64,000 bases of DNA from Candidatus Helarchaeota archaeon (GTDB lineage: Archaea > Asgardarchaeota > Lokiarchaeia > Helarchaeales > RDOG01), in assembly GCA_019058315.1 (NCBI GenBank), contig JAHPZH010000001.1, forward strand, positions 1,411,318-1,475,317, written 5' to 3'. Every line of letters begins with the position of its first letter. Position 1 is the stretch's first letter. Under the pieces are notes generated by a model. It worked only from the letters and a program-made list of their open reading frames with translations. It did no database searches and was not told where the DNA came from. Shown piece after piece: positions 1 through 8,654 of this stretch. Position numbers and translations under genes: made by a program.

Positions 1-830
1 TTATAACTTATGCTAATGAAACTAATAATATTACTTGGTTTTTATATGATGATTTCAATCCTGGGCAATATAGAGTATGGACTAATGACTCAAATGATAA
101 TTATTATATCTGGCAAGACTGGACTTCATGGATTAATGATACTAATTTAAATGTTCCAATTAATCGGACTGCTCCAGGAGTTTATAATTATACAATTGAG
201 TTTGATGATGTATTTAATTTTATGGGATTACCGGATATCGTAATGGTCACAATCATAAACCAGATGCCTACTTCAAACCAACCTGCTGATATTATAACTT
301 ATGCTAATGAAACTAATAATATTACTTGGTTTTTATATGATGATTTTAATCCTGGGCAATATAGAGTATGGACTAATGACTCAAATGATAATTATTATAT
401 TTGGAGTGATTGGACGGCTTGGACTAACAATACCAATATAAATGTTCAAATTAACCGGACAATTCCAGGAGTTTATAATTATACTATTGAATTTAATGAT
501 ACTTATAGTCTAATGGGAATTCCAGATACTGTTATAGTTACCATTATAAATCAAGTCCCTACTTCAAATCAACCATCCGATATAATAACATGTATTGGTG
601 TTTTAAAAACGATAAATTGGTTTCTTTACGATGATTATAATTCAAGTCATTATAGAGTTTGGGTAAATGATTCAAATGATAATTATTATATTTGGCGGAA
701 CTGGACTCTATGGAATAATGATACATTGGTAAACATCAATATCAATGTTACAACTGCGGGAGTTTATAATTATACAATTGAGTTTAATGATACTTATAAT
801 CTATTTGGTTCAGATACAGTTATTGTTACA
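1..830 (+). repeat. Coding tandem repeat, period 291 bp (97 aa), about 3 copies visible
   Basis: ttataacttatgctaatgaaactaataat occurs at 1 and 292; a more diverged third copy starts near 583. Confidence 0.9.
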
Positions 831-2921
831 ATAGTTCAGAATAATAATGGTCAGAAAATACCTTTAACCGCAGGTTTTAATCCAAATATTTACCAATTTG
901 ACCAATACGGTTTTTTATGGGTAAATCTTTCGATCTGGGTCTCTTCTGACACTAATATCACTATTACTACTAATTTAACCAAACCAGCAACATTTCAATA
1001 TTTCACAAAAGGAAATGTATCTATATATTATCAAATAACCCTACAGAATGCATCGGCTTTGCTCAATGTTACAATCAGATTCCATTATAATGAATCTATA
1101 CTAAATGGAACGACAGAAAATAATATTGCAATTTATGTGTGGAATTCTTTAACGATTTCTTGGGAAATGTTAAATTTCAAGATTAACATTATCGGCAATT
1201 ATACCGAAGTTACGTTATATCAGCTATCGCAATTTGTATTGGCTCCAAAACTGCCTGAGGAAGAAGGATTAATGCTATTTCCACCACCAGCTGCTGAAAA
1301 TCAATTATTTTTATATATCATTATTGGAGGAATCTCTGCTGTAGCAGCAATAGCAATAGGGATTGGAGTTAGTAGAAGAAAAAAACCTACTCCTAAACCT
1401 AAAAAGATACCAAAAATATCCAAAGAAGAATTAATTGTCAAAAGAGCATATGATTATATCGGAGGAAATATAAGATATAAAGTAGTGGTAGAAAATGCGA
1501 CTAATGAAAATATTAAAGATATTCTAGTAGAACTAAGTATGAAAAAAGGATTTGAAGAAATAAATCCTAAAAATAAAATAAAAGTTTTAGAACCTGGTGA
1601 GAGTATAGGTTCAGATTTCATATTAACTCCTTTGACTTGCGGTAAAACCAGAATTCATGGAACAGTTCAATATCGTAATATAAAAGATGAATTGACTTCG
1701 ATGGAGATAACTCCTTCAGTTGTTCAAATTAAATGTCCGCTAGTTATGCCAAAGGAAATGGAATTATCAGATCTATTAGATCTAATGGATAAACTTCAAA
1801 AGAGTCATACGGAAATAAATTATGCAGGACTTAACAGATCTGTTGCCTATCAAATCGCGAAGGAACAAATTTCTTCCTTGGATGTTACTGAAGTAGAGGA
1901 AAATGCAGATATTTGTCATATTGTATATAGTGGAGAAGCTAAGGTAGGAGGAGATGTAATCATTATTAATTTGAACGTTGATGAGAAAAATATAATAATT
2001 GATGTATATCTAAAAGATGTTAAACAAGCCACGGGATTCTTAGCATATATTAAGAATCTTATAAACTTAGCAATTAAATATTCAGCAAAAATTTCCACAA
2101 CTATGGATGCAATAACAAGTAAAATTTATAATGCCTTCGAATTTGCACAAAGATTATCAGAATTGAATAATTTATGTCTGGAAAAAGCATCTATTGATGA
2201 TATTTTGCTAGTTCTAAAGGAATTAAATATCAAATCCAATTCTTATTTTGCTGGACTTAAGATAACTCAAATTTTTACTAGTATGTTTAATAATTGGATT
2301 ACAGAATTGGATAAGATAAAAGAAGAGAAAATATGGGAACGAACTTATATAAACTTACAATATGATATATTGAGCTGGATGGACGCTATAATAATTCTTT
2401 CGGAAACAAATTCTAAAACATATTTCGAAAATCCAGATGCAGATGACCAGACAAAGAAAAATATTGAAGCCGGTAATTCTCAACTTAGACAACAATTATC
2501 TCAAATGAATAGGGAATATTCCAGAAACATTTTGTTCGCCTTAATGCTTATAAATAAAGTAAGCGGTTTATCGATGTATAATCATAACTTTAAACCAGAA
2601 AAAGGCCTTGATTCTGATTTAATCGGAGGTTTCCTTACCGCGATTCAAAGTTTTGGAATGGAATTAGGTGCAGAAGCCAAAGAAACTGGAATGCAAAAAC
2701 TTTCCTATCAGCATTTCGAGATAGGGCTTCAAGAAGGAAAATATACTATGGCAGCACTCATTACTTCAGGTATGCCAAATCAATTAACTATAGAACGACA
2801 AAAAGAGATTTTAATTAAGTTTGAAAAGGAATTTGAGGTTGATTTAGAGAAATTCGTTGGAGATGTGAGTATTTTTAATGAAGCCGAAAAGCTAGTGAAT
2901 GAAATTTTTCTTAAAAAATAA
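3..2921 (+). CDS. 5'-partial single-pass membrane protein: tandem ~97-aa Ig-like repeats, S-layer-like beta domain, TM helix, cytoplasmic GAE/platform-like domain, helical region, C-terminal longin-like domain
   Basis: The frame is open from position 3 (ITYANETNNITW...), so the ATG at 222 is internal. Many N-x-S/T sequons; TM LFLYIIIGGISAVAAIAIGIGV followed by RRKK; C-terminal LMLINKVSGLSMY...DSDLIGGFLTAIQSFGMELG is an Asgard longin-like signature. Confidence 0.8.
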   Translation: MTYANETNNITWFLYDDFNPGQYRVWTNDSNDNYYIWQDWTSWINDTNLNVPINRTAPGVYNYTIEFDDVFNFMGLPDIVMVTIINQMPTSNQPADIITYANETNNITWFLYDDFNPGQYRVWTNDSNDNYYIWSDWTAWTNNTNINVQINRTIPGVYNYTIEFNDTYSLMGIPDTVIVTIINQVPTSNQPSDIITCIGVLKTINWFLYDDYNSSHYRVWVNDSNDNYYIWRNWTLWNNDTLVNININVTTAGVYNYTIEFNDTYNLFGSDTVIVTIVQNNNGQKIPLTAGFNPNIYQFDQYGFLWVNLSIWVSSDTNITITTNLTKPATFQYFTKGNVSIYYQITLQNASALLNVTIRFHYNESILNGTTENNIAIYVWNSLTISWEMLNFKINIIGNYTEVTLYQLSQFVLAPKLPEEEGLMLFPPPAAENQLFLYIIIGGISAVAAIAIGIGVSRRKKPTPKPKKIPKISKEELIVKRAYDYIGGNIRYKVVVENATNENIKDILVELSMKKGFEEINPKNKIKVLEPGESIGSDFILTPLTCGKTRIHGTVQYRNIKDELTSMEITPSVVQIKCPLVMPKEMELSDLLDLMDKLQKSHTEINYAGLNRSVAYQIAKEQISSLDVTEVEENADICHIVYSGEAKVGGDVIIINLNVDEKNIIIDVYLKDVKQATGFLAYIKNLINLAIKYSAKISTTMDAITSKIYNAFEFAQRLSELNNLCLEKASIDDILLVLKELNIKSNSYFAGLKITQIFTSMFNNWITELDKIKEEKIWERTYINLQYDILSWMDAIIILSETNSKTYFENPDADDQTKKNIEAGNSQLRQQLSQMNREYSRNILFALMLINKVSGLSMYNHNFKPEKGLDSDLIGGFLTAIQSFGMELGAEAKETGMQKLSYQHFEIGLQEGKYTMAALITSGMPNQLTIERQKEILIKFEKEFEVDLEKFVGDVSIFNEAEKLVNEIFLKK

Positions 2922-3093
2922 TTTAAAGATATAATTTTTTTATTCTTTATATAACAAACTCCCAATTCTTATTCAGAATTTTATCAACTGCATTACAGTC
3001 ACAACGATCAATAATGACTCTCTTATATGATCCTCCAAGCCTAATTTCCATTATATTCTACCTAGTGGGCTATAACCATCAAATAAATTAAAA

Positions 3094-3340
3094 TTAAGAA
3101 AATTCTGAGTTATTTATTATCAATTTTATAACATAGTTTTCTATTTTACAAAAAAAGAAATTTCATCAAATCTCAGAATAATTGAAAATATAAAAAAATA
3201 ATTGTAGAACCAATGGTGCTACCTAGAATCATAGATAGTTTATTATATTCAATTTTTATTTCTCCAACTAATTTTTAAGGAATAAATTGTGTTCCATAAA
3301 ATATTGCAGCAATTATTGGAAAAATAACATAATTATCCAC
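3094..3340 (-). pseudogene. Possible degraded N-terminus of a DMT/GRP-type transporter
   Basis: Reads VDNYVIFPIIAAIFYGTQFIP*KLVGEIKIEYNKLSMILGSTIGSTII, with an in-frame TAA and then an apparent frameshift in a T-run. Confidence 0.3.
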
Positions 3341-3430
3341 TCAATTTAAGAAAAGTATTTTTTCAATAATAAATAAAGATAGATTTATTAATTAAAATCA
3401 TTAAGCCTACTTAAAATATTAAATTAAATT

Positions 3431-3462
3431 TCTATAATAAATTAAATCTATAATAAATTAAA
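3431..3462 (+). repeat. Perfect 16-bp tandem duplication upstream of the hydrolase gene
   Basis: tctataataaattaaa twice (3431-3446, 3447-3462). Confidence 0.75.
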
Positions 3463-3498
3463 AAAAAAAATTAAAAGTAAATTTATTGAGATAGGTAT

Positions 3499-4341
3499 AT
3501 GAACGAAATTGAGATTCCTCCTAAAATAAATTATGAAGATAAGCTAATCCAGATAGGTAAAATAAAATTAAACTATTGGGAAGAAGGAAATGGACCCGAA
3601 ACTTTATTTTTTATTCATGGATTTACTGGAAATGTAGAGGAATGGTATTTTCAGTTTTTCCATTTTGAAAAAAAATATAGAGTAATAGCAATTGATTTAA
3701 GAGGTCATGGAAAATCGGAGATAGAGGATAAAGAAATAAATGCAGATGATTTAATAAATGATATCGATGGTTTTTTAGAAAAAAAAGGAATTTCAAAAAT
3801 TAATCTTATTGGTCATTCTATGGGAGGTATGATTGCTCAGTATTTTACTTTAAAATATCCAGAAAAAGTTGAAAAATTAGTGTTAATTAGCACTACTTCT
3901 GGAGGCCCTCAACGAAAAATACCAGAATCATATATTAAATTTATTAAATCGACAACTGTAGATAATTTAATTGATATAATGTCAAGATCGGCATCAATTC
4001 CTCTTAAAAAAATGAAACCAGAACGTAGAGAATTCTATAAAAAATTACAGAAATGGAGTGTAGAAAGAAGAAGTAAAGCAATTTCGATAAACACCTATAT
4101 TAGATACCTACAAACGTCTTCGAAGATTAATCTGAGGAATAGGATAAATGAAATTAAAGTCCCTACACTAATATTATATGGAGATAAAGACCGTTTAGTT
4201 GCAAAAACTAATTCAGAATTTCTAAGAGAGCATATTGCTAATTCAAATTTAATTATGTTTCCTGATTGTGGGCATGCACCTCAACGTGAATATTTTATTG
4301 AATTTAATAATTATCTTTCTCAATTCTTGGAAGAAGAATAA
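3499..4341 (+). CDS. Alpha/beta-fold hydrolase
   Basis: FIHGF, DLRGHGKS, nucleophile GHSMGG, C-terminal GH. Confidence 0.92.
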   Translation: MNEIEIPPKINYEDKLIQIGKIKLNYWEEGNGPETLFFIHGFTGNVEEWYFQFFHFEKKYRVIAIDLRGHGKSEIEDKEINADDLINDIDGFLEKKGISKINLIGHSMGGMIAQYFTLKYPEKVEKLVLISTTSGGPQRKIPESYIKFIKSTTVDNLIDIMSRSASIPLKKMKPERREFYKKLQKWSVERRSKAISINTYIRYLQTSSKINLRNRINEIKVPTLILYGDKDRLVAKTNSEFLREHIANSNLIMFPDCGHAPQREYFIEFNNYLSQFLEEE

Positions 4342-4397
4342 AATACCAATTTATAAACAAGTTTTATTCCATAAATAAATTATATAGATGAATAATT

Positions 4398-4649
4398 ATG
4401 GCAAAAGAGGAACAACCAAAGGTAGAAAAAATAATTTCAATAAATGGAACTATTAAACATCTAAAATTTGAGGGAGGTTTCTATGGGATAATTGGCGATG
4501 ATGGTAATCATTATAAACCTATTAAATTGTCTGATGAATTTAAAAAAGATGGTTTAAAGGTCCATATCGAAGCTAAAGAACGAAAAGGAATGATATCTAT
4601 TCATATGTGGGGAAAAAATATCGAAATATTAAAAATTGAAAGGCTTTAA
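4398..4649 (+). CDS. Small conserved hypothetical protein, beta-rich (OB-fold-like)
   Basis: 83-aa ORF with EGGFYGIIGDDG and HMWG motifs; follows the hydrolase gene on the same strand. Confidence 0.75.
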   Translation: MAKEEQPKVEKIISINGTIKHLKFEGGFYGIIGDDGNHYKPIKLSDEFKKDGLKVHIEAKERKGMISIHMWGKNIEILKIERL

Positions 4650-4670
4650 ATCTGGATTTATAACTTTTAA

Positions 4671-5861
4671 TTAATCTTGTTTAGCTAATGGACTCAATTC
4701 TCGTAAAATTTTCACAACATTTATTAATTTATCAACTACATAATCAACTTCTTTTTCCGTGTTTTCCCTTCCAAGTGAAAACCGAAGAGATCCATGAAGT
4801 CCTTCCTCATGAGTAAGACCGATTGCTTGTAAAACATGAGAAGGATCTAGACTTTTAGAAGCACATGCAGACCCTGTGGAACATGAAATTCCATCCATAT
4901 CCAGCCTAAAAAGCATGGCTTCACCTTCAATATATTTAAATGAAATATTTACATTATTACATAATCTCTGACTACCTTTAGTTTTTATATTAGGACCATT
5001 TAAGTGAGAATCTGGAATTTCACTCAAAACTCTATTAATCATTCTATCTCTTAATTTAGTCATATGATTTACATGATTTTCATTTGCAATCTCAACAGCT
5101 TTTGCAAATCCGACAATTCCAGCTACATTTTCAGTCCCTGCTCGCCAATGGAATTCATGACCTCCACCGTTAATCAATTTTTTAATTTTTTTTGTTTGTT
5201 GAACTTTCTTGTTGATATATAAAGCCCCAATTCCTTTAGGACCATGAATTTTATGTGCAGTTAATGACATAAGATCTAAGTTCAACTTTTGAACATCTAT
5301 TGGGACTTTAGTAAAACCTTGGACAGCATCTGAATGAAATAGAATATTATTATCTCTACAAATTTTACCAATTTCTTCTAAATTTTGTAAAGTACCTATT
5401 TCATTATTCGCAAGCATAATTGAAGCTAACAGAGTGTTACTTGAAATCTCCTCTTGTAGTTGATTTAAATCAATAAAACCCTCTTCATCAACTTTTAAAT
5501 AAGTTACCTCATATCCTTGCTCCTCTAATGCTTTACAACTATTTAAAATAGCAGGATGTTCTATTGTGGATGTTATAATATGATTCCCTTTATCTTTTAA
5601 TGCATAAGCTACTCCTTTTAAGGCAAAGTTATCTGACTCAGTTCCACCAGAAGTGAAAATCAATTCAGAATAATCAGCATTTATTTTATTTGATATCAAT
5701 TTTCTGCTATTATCTAATGCTTCATGAGCCTCTTGACCAAGAGTATGGAGGGAAGATGCATTCCCAAATTTTTCAGTGAAATAAGGAATCATTGCTTTTA
5801 AAACTTCCGAGTCAACAGGAGTTGTCGCACTGTGATCCATATATACTCTCAAATTAATCAT
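4671..5861 (-). CDS. iscS: Cysteine desulfurase (IscS/NifS group I)
   Basis: YMDHSATTP, FGNASSLH, FTSGGTESDN, TAHKIHGPKG (PLP Lys), STGSACAS (catalytic Cys). Confidence 0.96.
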   Translation of the reverse strand: MINLRVYMDHSATTPVDSEVLKAMIPYFTEKFGNASSLHTLGQEAHEALDNSRKLISNKINADYSELIFTSGGTESDNFALKGVAYALKDKGNHIITSTIEHPAILNSCKALEEQGYEVTYLKVDEEGFIDLNQLQEEISSNTLLASIMLANNEIGTLQNLEEIGKICRDNNILFHSDAVQGFTKVPIDVQKLNLDLMSLTAHKIHGPKGIGALYINKKVQQTKKIKKLINGGGHEFHWRAGTENVAGIVGFAKAVEIANENHVNHMTKLRDRMINRVLSEIPDSHLNGPNIKTKGSQRLCNNVNISFKYIEGEAMLFRLDMDGISCSTGSACASKSLDPSHVLQAIGLTHEEGLHGSLRFSLGRENTEKEVDYVVDKLINVVKILRELSPLAKQD

Positions 5862-5970
5862 CCAGTCAAATATTTTCTATAATACAAATTATAGTTTAAA
5901 TAATAACACTATTATAATATTAACTAAAATTATTATCATTTTAAAATCAAAAAAAAATAAGTGAAAAAAT

Positions 5971-6366
5971 ATGTTAGACGAATATGAAGAAGATAAACCC
6001 GAAGAAGAAGAGGAAATTCCAGAAGTAATTGAGGAACCTGCCCCTGAAGTAAAAGAAGTGGAAGCTCCTAAAGTGGTTGAGGAACCTCCTCCTGAACTAG
6101 AGGAAGAAACAATACCAGTTAAAGAAGTTCCAGAGCAAGAAGAACATAAAAGAGAATCTTTAATTGATTTATTATTACACCCTGTTCGTGTGTTATTAGG
6201 TAAAGAAGAAGCTGTAGAGGGAAAAGAAAGTATTATTGAGACTTTATTAAAACCTTGGAGAACTATTTTAGGAATAGAACCTAAAGAGGGGGAAAGAGTT
6301 AGCATAATAGAAACACTTCTAGAACCTTGGAAAAAACTCTTAGGTTTGGAAAAGAAGGATAGCTAA
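5971..6366 (+). CDS. Acidic protein with Glu/Pro-rich N-terminus and three amphipathic SIIExLLxPWxxILG repeats
   Basis: GTGA SD upstream; repeats ESLIDLLLHPVRVLLG, ESIIETLLKPWRTILG, VSIIETLLEPWKKLLG. Confidence 0.85.
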   Translation: MLDEYEEDKPEEEEEIPEVIEEPAPEVKEVEAPKVVEEPPPELEEETIPVKEVPEQEEHKRESLIDLLLHPVRVLLGKEEAVEGKESIIETLLKPWRTILGIEPKEGERVSIIETLLEPWKKLLGLEKKDS

Positions 6367-6561
6367 AGAAATTCTTACTTATTTATTATCTTTTTCTTAA
6401 AAGAATAAAAAAGAAAAAAGAACTTCAAGTTTTTACTATAAATCAGACTTGTTAGAAAATCCATTATTTGTTTTTTGAATAATTAATTATCAATAAAATT
6501 AATAAATAGCTTTTTAGATTTCATCCTATTATATAAAATTAAAATTAATAAGTGAGAATAT

Positions 6562-6858
6562 ATGTCAGAAGAAAAAAAAGAAACCTTAATAGATATATTA
6601 TTACGACCGATTCGAGTATTGATGGGAAAAGAAGAAGCTGGAGAATCAGGCGGAAGTATTATTGACTCTTTATTAGAACCATGGAAAAGAATCTTGGGAT
6701 TAGAACCTCAAGAAGGCGAAGAAAGAGTAAGTATTATTGAAAGATTGTTACAACCTTGGAAAAAAATCCTGGGTTTAGAACCTGGAGAAGAGGGCGAACA
6801 AGGGAATATCCTTGAGACATTACTAAAGCCCCTTAAATCGCTATTAGGAATGGATTAA
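6562..6858 (+). CDS. Small paralogue made of four SIIExLLxPWxxILG repeats
   Basis: ETLIDILLRPIRVLMG, GSIIDSLLEPWKRILG, VSIIERLLQPWKKILG, GNILETLLKPLKSLLG; SD GTGAG. Confidence 0.85.
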   Translation: MSEEKKETLIDILLRPIRVLMGKEEAGESGGSIIDSLLEPWKRILGLEPQEGEERVSIIERLLQPWKKILGLEPGEEGEQGNILETLLKPLKSLLGMD

Positions 6859-6992
6859 AGTAAATTTAAAGATATAATCCTTTTTAATTTTCCTTTTTAT
6901 TTTTAAGAAAAAGCTTTGAATTTGCATGAATTATGTTTGTTACTTTTTAAAAAAAACTCATAATTAAAAGTAAATATTGATATTTAACAAAA

Positions 6993-7067
6993 TGGAGCCA
7001 GAGGCAGGAATTGAACCTGCGAGAGGCGGATCTGCAGTCCGCTGCCTTACCGCTAGACTACTCTGGC
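6993..7067 (-). tRNA. tRNA-Cys (GCA), intron-less, CCA encoded
   Basis: Reverse complement folds into a cloverleaf: acceptor GCCAGAG/CTCTGGC, anticodon arm GCGGA-CTGCAGA-TCCGC, T-arm GCAGG-TTCAATT-CCTGC, discriminator U73, CCA. Confidence 0.97.
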
Positions 7068-7182
7068 ATCAAAAAGTTTAACTAAATTAGGAAAATTCTA
7101 CCAATTAAAAATTTCAATGAAAAATGATATTTAAAAATTTTGAAATTTGGAGTATTTCTTATTTTACAATAAAATTATATTT

Positions 7183-8100
7183 TCAAATTAAGTTATTTTT
7201 CTTTAAATAACGTGAAACACCTTCAATATTTAAGTTAAAAGAGTTAATTGTAACTTGTTCATAAATTTTCCTTGTTTCATTTGATAAAGAATTAAGAATT
7301 GAAGTTTTTTTTAACATAATTTCAAGGATTTTTTCCTTTGATATATTGGGATTCTCTTCTAAAATCATTCTTATTGAATTACACCAAAATTCATGCTTAT
7401 TTTTTATTTCATCATAAACATTTTTAAGCATATCATGATTTAGTTGTCCAAAATGTGTAAAAATAAGCGAGGATGGGTCAAGTTCCTTTATTAAATCTAT
7501 TGAGTTTAGTGCTTGTTCTTTATTATAATCTGGAGGTGGAATAGTTAAATATAGAGGAACTCCAGGATATTTTGCGCCCATCGCATCACCTGTAAATATA
7601 ATTTTATTATTTTTTTCCAGAATTATCAAATGGTGTTTTGCATGACCAGGAGTGAAAAAGACTTGTAATTTATTTCCTCCTAAATCAATTTCTTCTAGAT
7701 CTTGTAATGGATGCACTTGTTCAACTGATACAGGCAACATAGATCCAATAGAATCAAATCGATTTTTATATGCCCTTTTTGCGCTCTCATTTAGTCTTCC
7801 AGGATTTATTAAGTGTCTAGCACCAATCTCATGAATGAATACTTTTAAATTTCGATTTTTTGATGCCAAATATCCAGAAGCTCCAGCATGATCTAGGTGT
7901 ATATGAGTAGCCATAAAATAATCAATATCAAATAATGTTAAACCTAATTGTTTAATTCCGTTTAATAATAATTCTGTTTCTGATGGGTAACCAGACTCGA
8001 TTAAAATGTTCTTCTTTTCACCTTGTATAAAAAATGAAGCGTGATCGACTCCATTAATGTCAATCATTTTAATATCTTTATTAATTTTAATTATTTTCAT
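7183..8100 (-). CDS. MBL-fold metallo-hydrolase
   Basis: THIHLDHAG, TPGHAKHH, FTGDA, THFG. Confidence 0.93.
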   Translation of the reverse strand: MKIIKINKDIKMIDINGVDHASFFIQGEKKNILIESGYPSETELLLNGIKQLGLTLFDIDYFMATHIHLDHAGASGYLASKNRNLKVFIHEIGARHLINPGRLNESAKRAYKNRFDSIGSMLPVSVEQVHPLQDLEEIDLGGNKLQVFFTPGHAKHHLIILEKNNKIIFTGDAMGAKYPGVPLYLTIPPPDYNKEQALNSIDLIKELDPSSLIFTHFGQLNHDMLKNVYDEIKNKHEFWCNSIRMILEENPNISKEKILEIMLKKTSILNSLSNETRKIYEQVTINSFNLNIEGVSRYLKKNNLI

Positions 8101-8271
8101 TTATATCATTTATTACATTTATGAATTTCAATAACCAATCTAAATAAACTTTTTACATTTTACTTTATTTTGTTGAATTATCGGAATATTTTTATATAAT
8201 TATATATTAATAATTTTAATCATTTAAATACTATGAAAAGAATTACAATCAAAATTCATCGTGATCCATTA

Positions 8272-8388
8272 ATGCCAAAAGCAACAAAAAAGCCTAAAAA
8301 AGATGCAGTCAAGCCAAAAAAGAGAGTTAAAGTTAAAGCAAAGGTTAAAGCAAAAAAAGCGAAAAGAAAAGGTGGAAGAAGGTGTTAA
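8272..8388 (+). CDS. 38-aa Lys/Ala/Pro-rich basic peptide (not in ORF track)
   Basis: MPKATKKPKKDAVKPKKRVKVKAKVKAKKAKRKGGRRC*; GTGA SD-like motif upstream; alternative in-frame ATG at 8233. Confidence 0.6.
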   Translation: MPKATKKPKKDAVKPKKRVKVKAKVKAKKAKRKGGRRC

Positions 8389-8443
8389 ATTAAATTTTTT
8401 CTTTTAAAAAATAAAATTAAAAATTAAATGGGAGAGTTCTATT

Positions 8444-8521
8444 TTGCCAAAAGGTAAGAAAAAACCCAAAACAGCAAAAAAACCTAAAAAAGCAAAAGGT
8501 AAAAAACCAAAGAAAAAATGA
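8444..8521 (+). CDS. 25-aa Lys/Ala/Pro-rich basic peptide (not in ORF track)
   Basis: TTG start after GGAGAG; (M)PKGKKKPKTAKKPKKAKGKKPKKK*; T-rich tract downstream. Confidence 0.55.
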   Translation: MPKGKKKPKTAKKPKKAKGKKPKKK

Positions 8522-8654
8522 TTTATCAAAATTCATTTATTAAAAATTTCTAATTATTTTTTTATTTCTTTTATTTTAATTAACCAAAATACAGATCGAA
8601 TTAATGTTTTTGTTTTATTTATTGATTTAATCAATTTAAGAATAGAATAAATTT

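Noticed and set aside
5889-6305. Ser-rich 138-aa minus-strand ORF
   Set aside because: Antisense shadow of the Glu-rich gene 5971-6366. The many other 60-133-aa ORFs nested antisense in long genes were rejected for the same reason.
5971-6858. Repeat proteins as GvpA gas-vesicle proteins or RiPP precursors
   Set aside because: They lack the GvpA RxLDKG and beta-hairpin motifs, and no adjacent modifying enzymes or leader/core organisation is evident.
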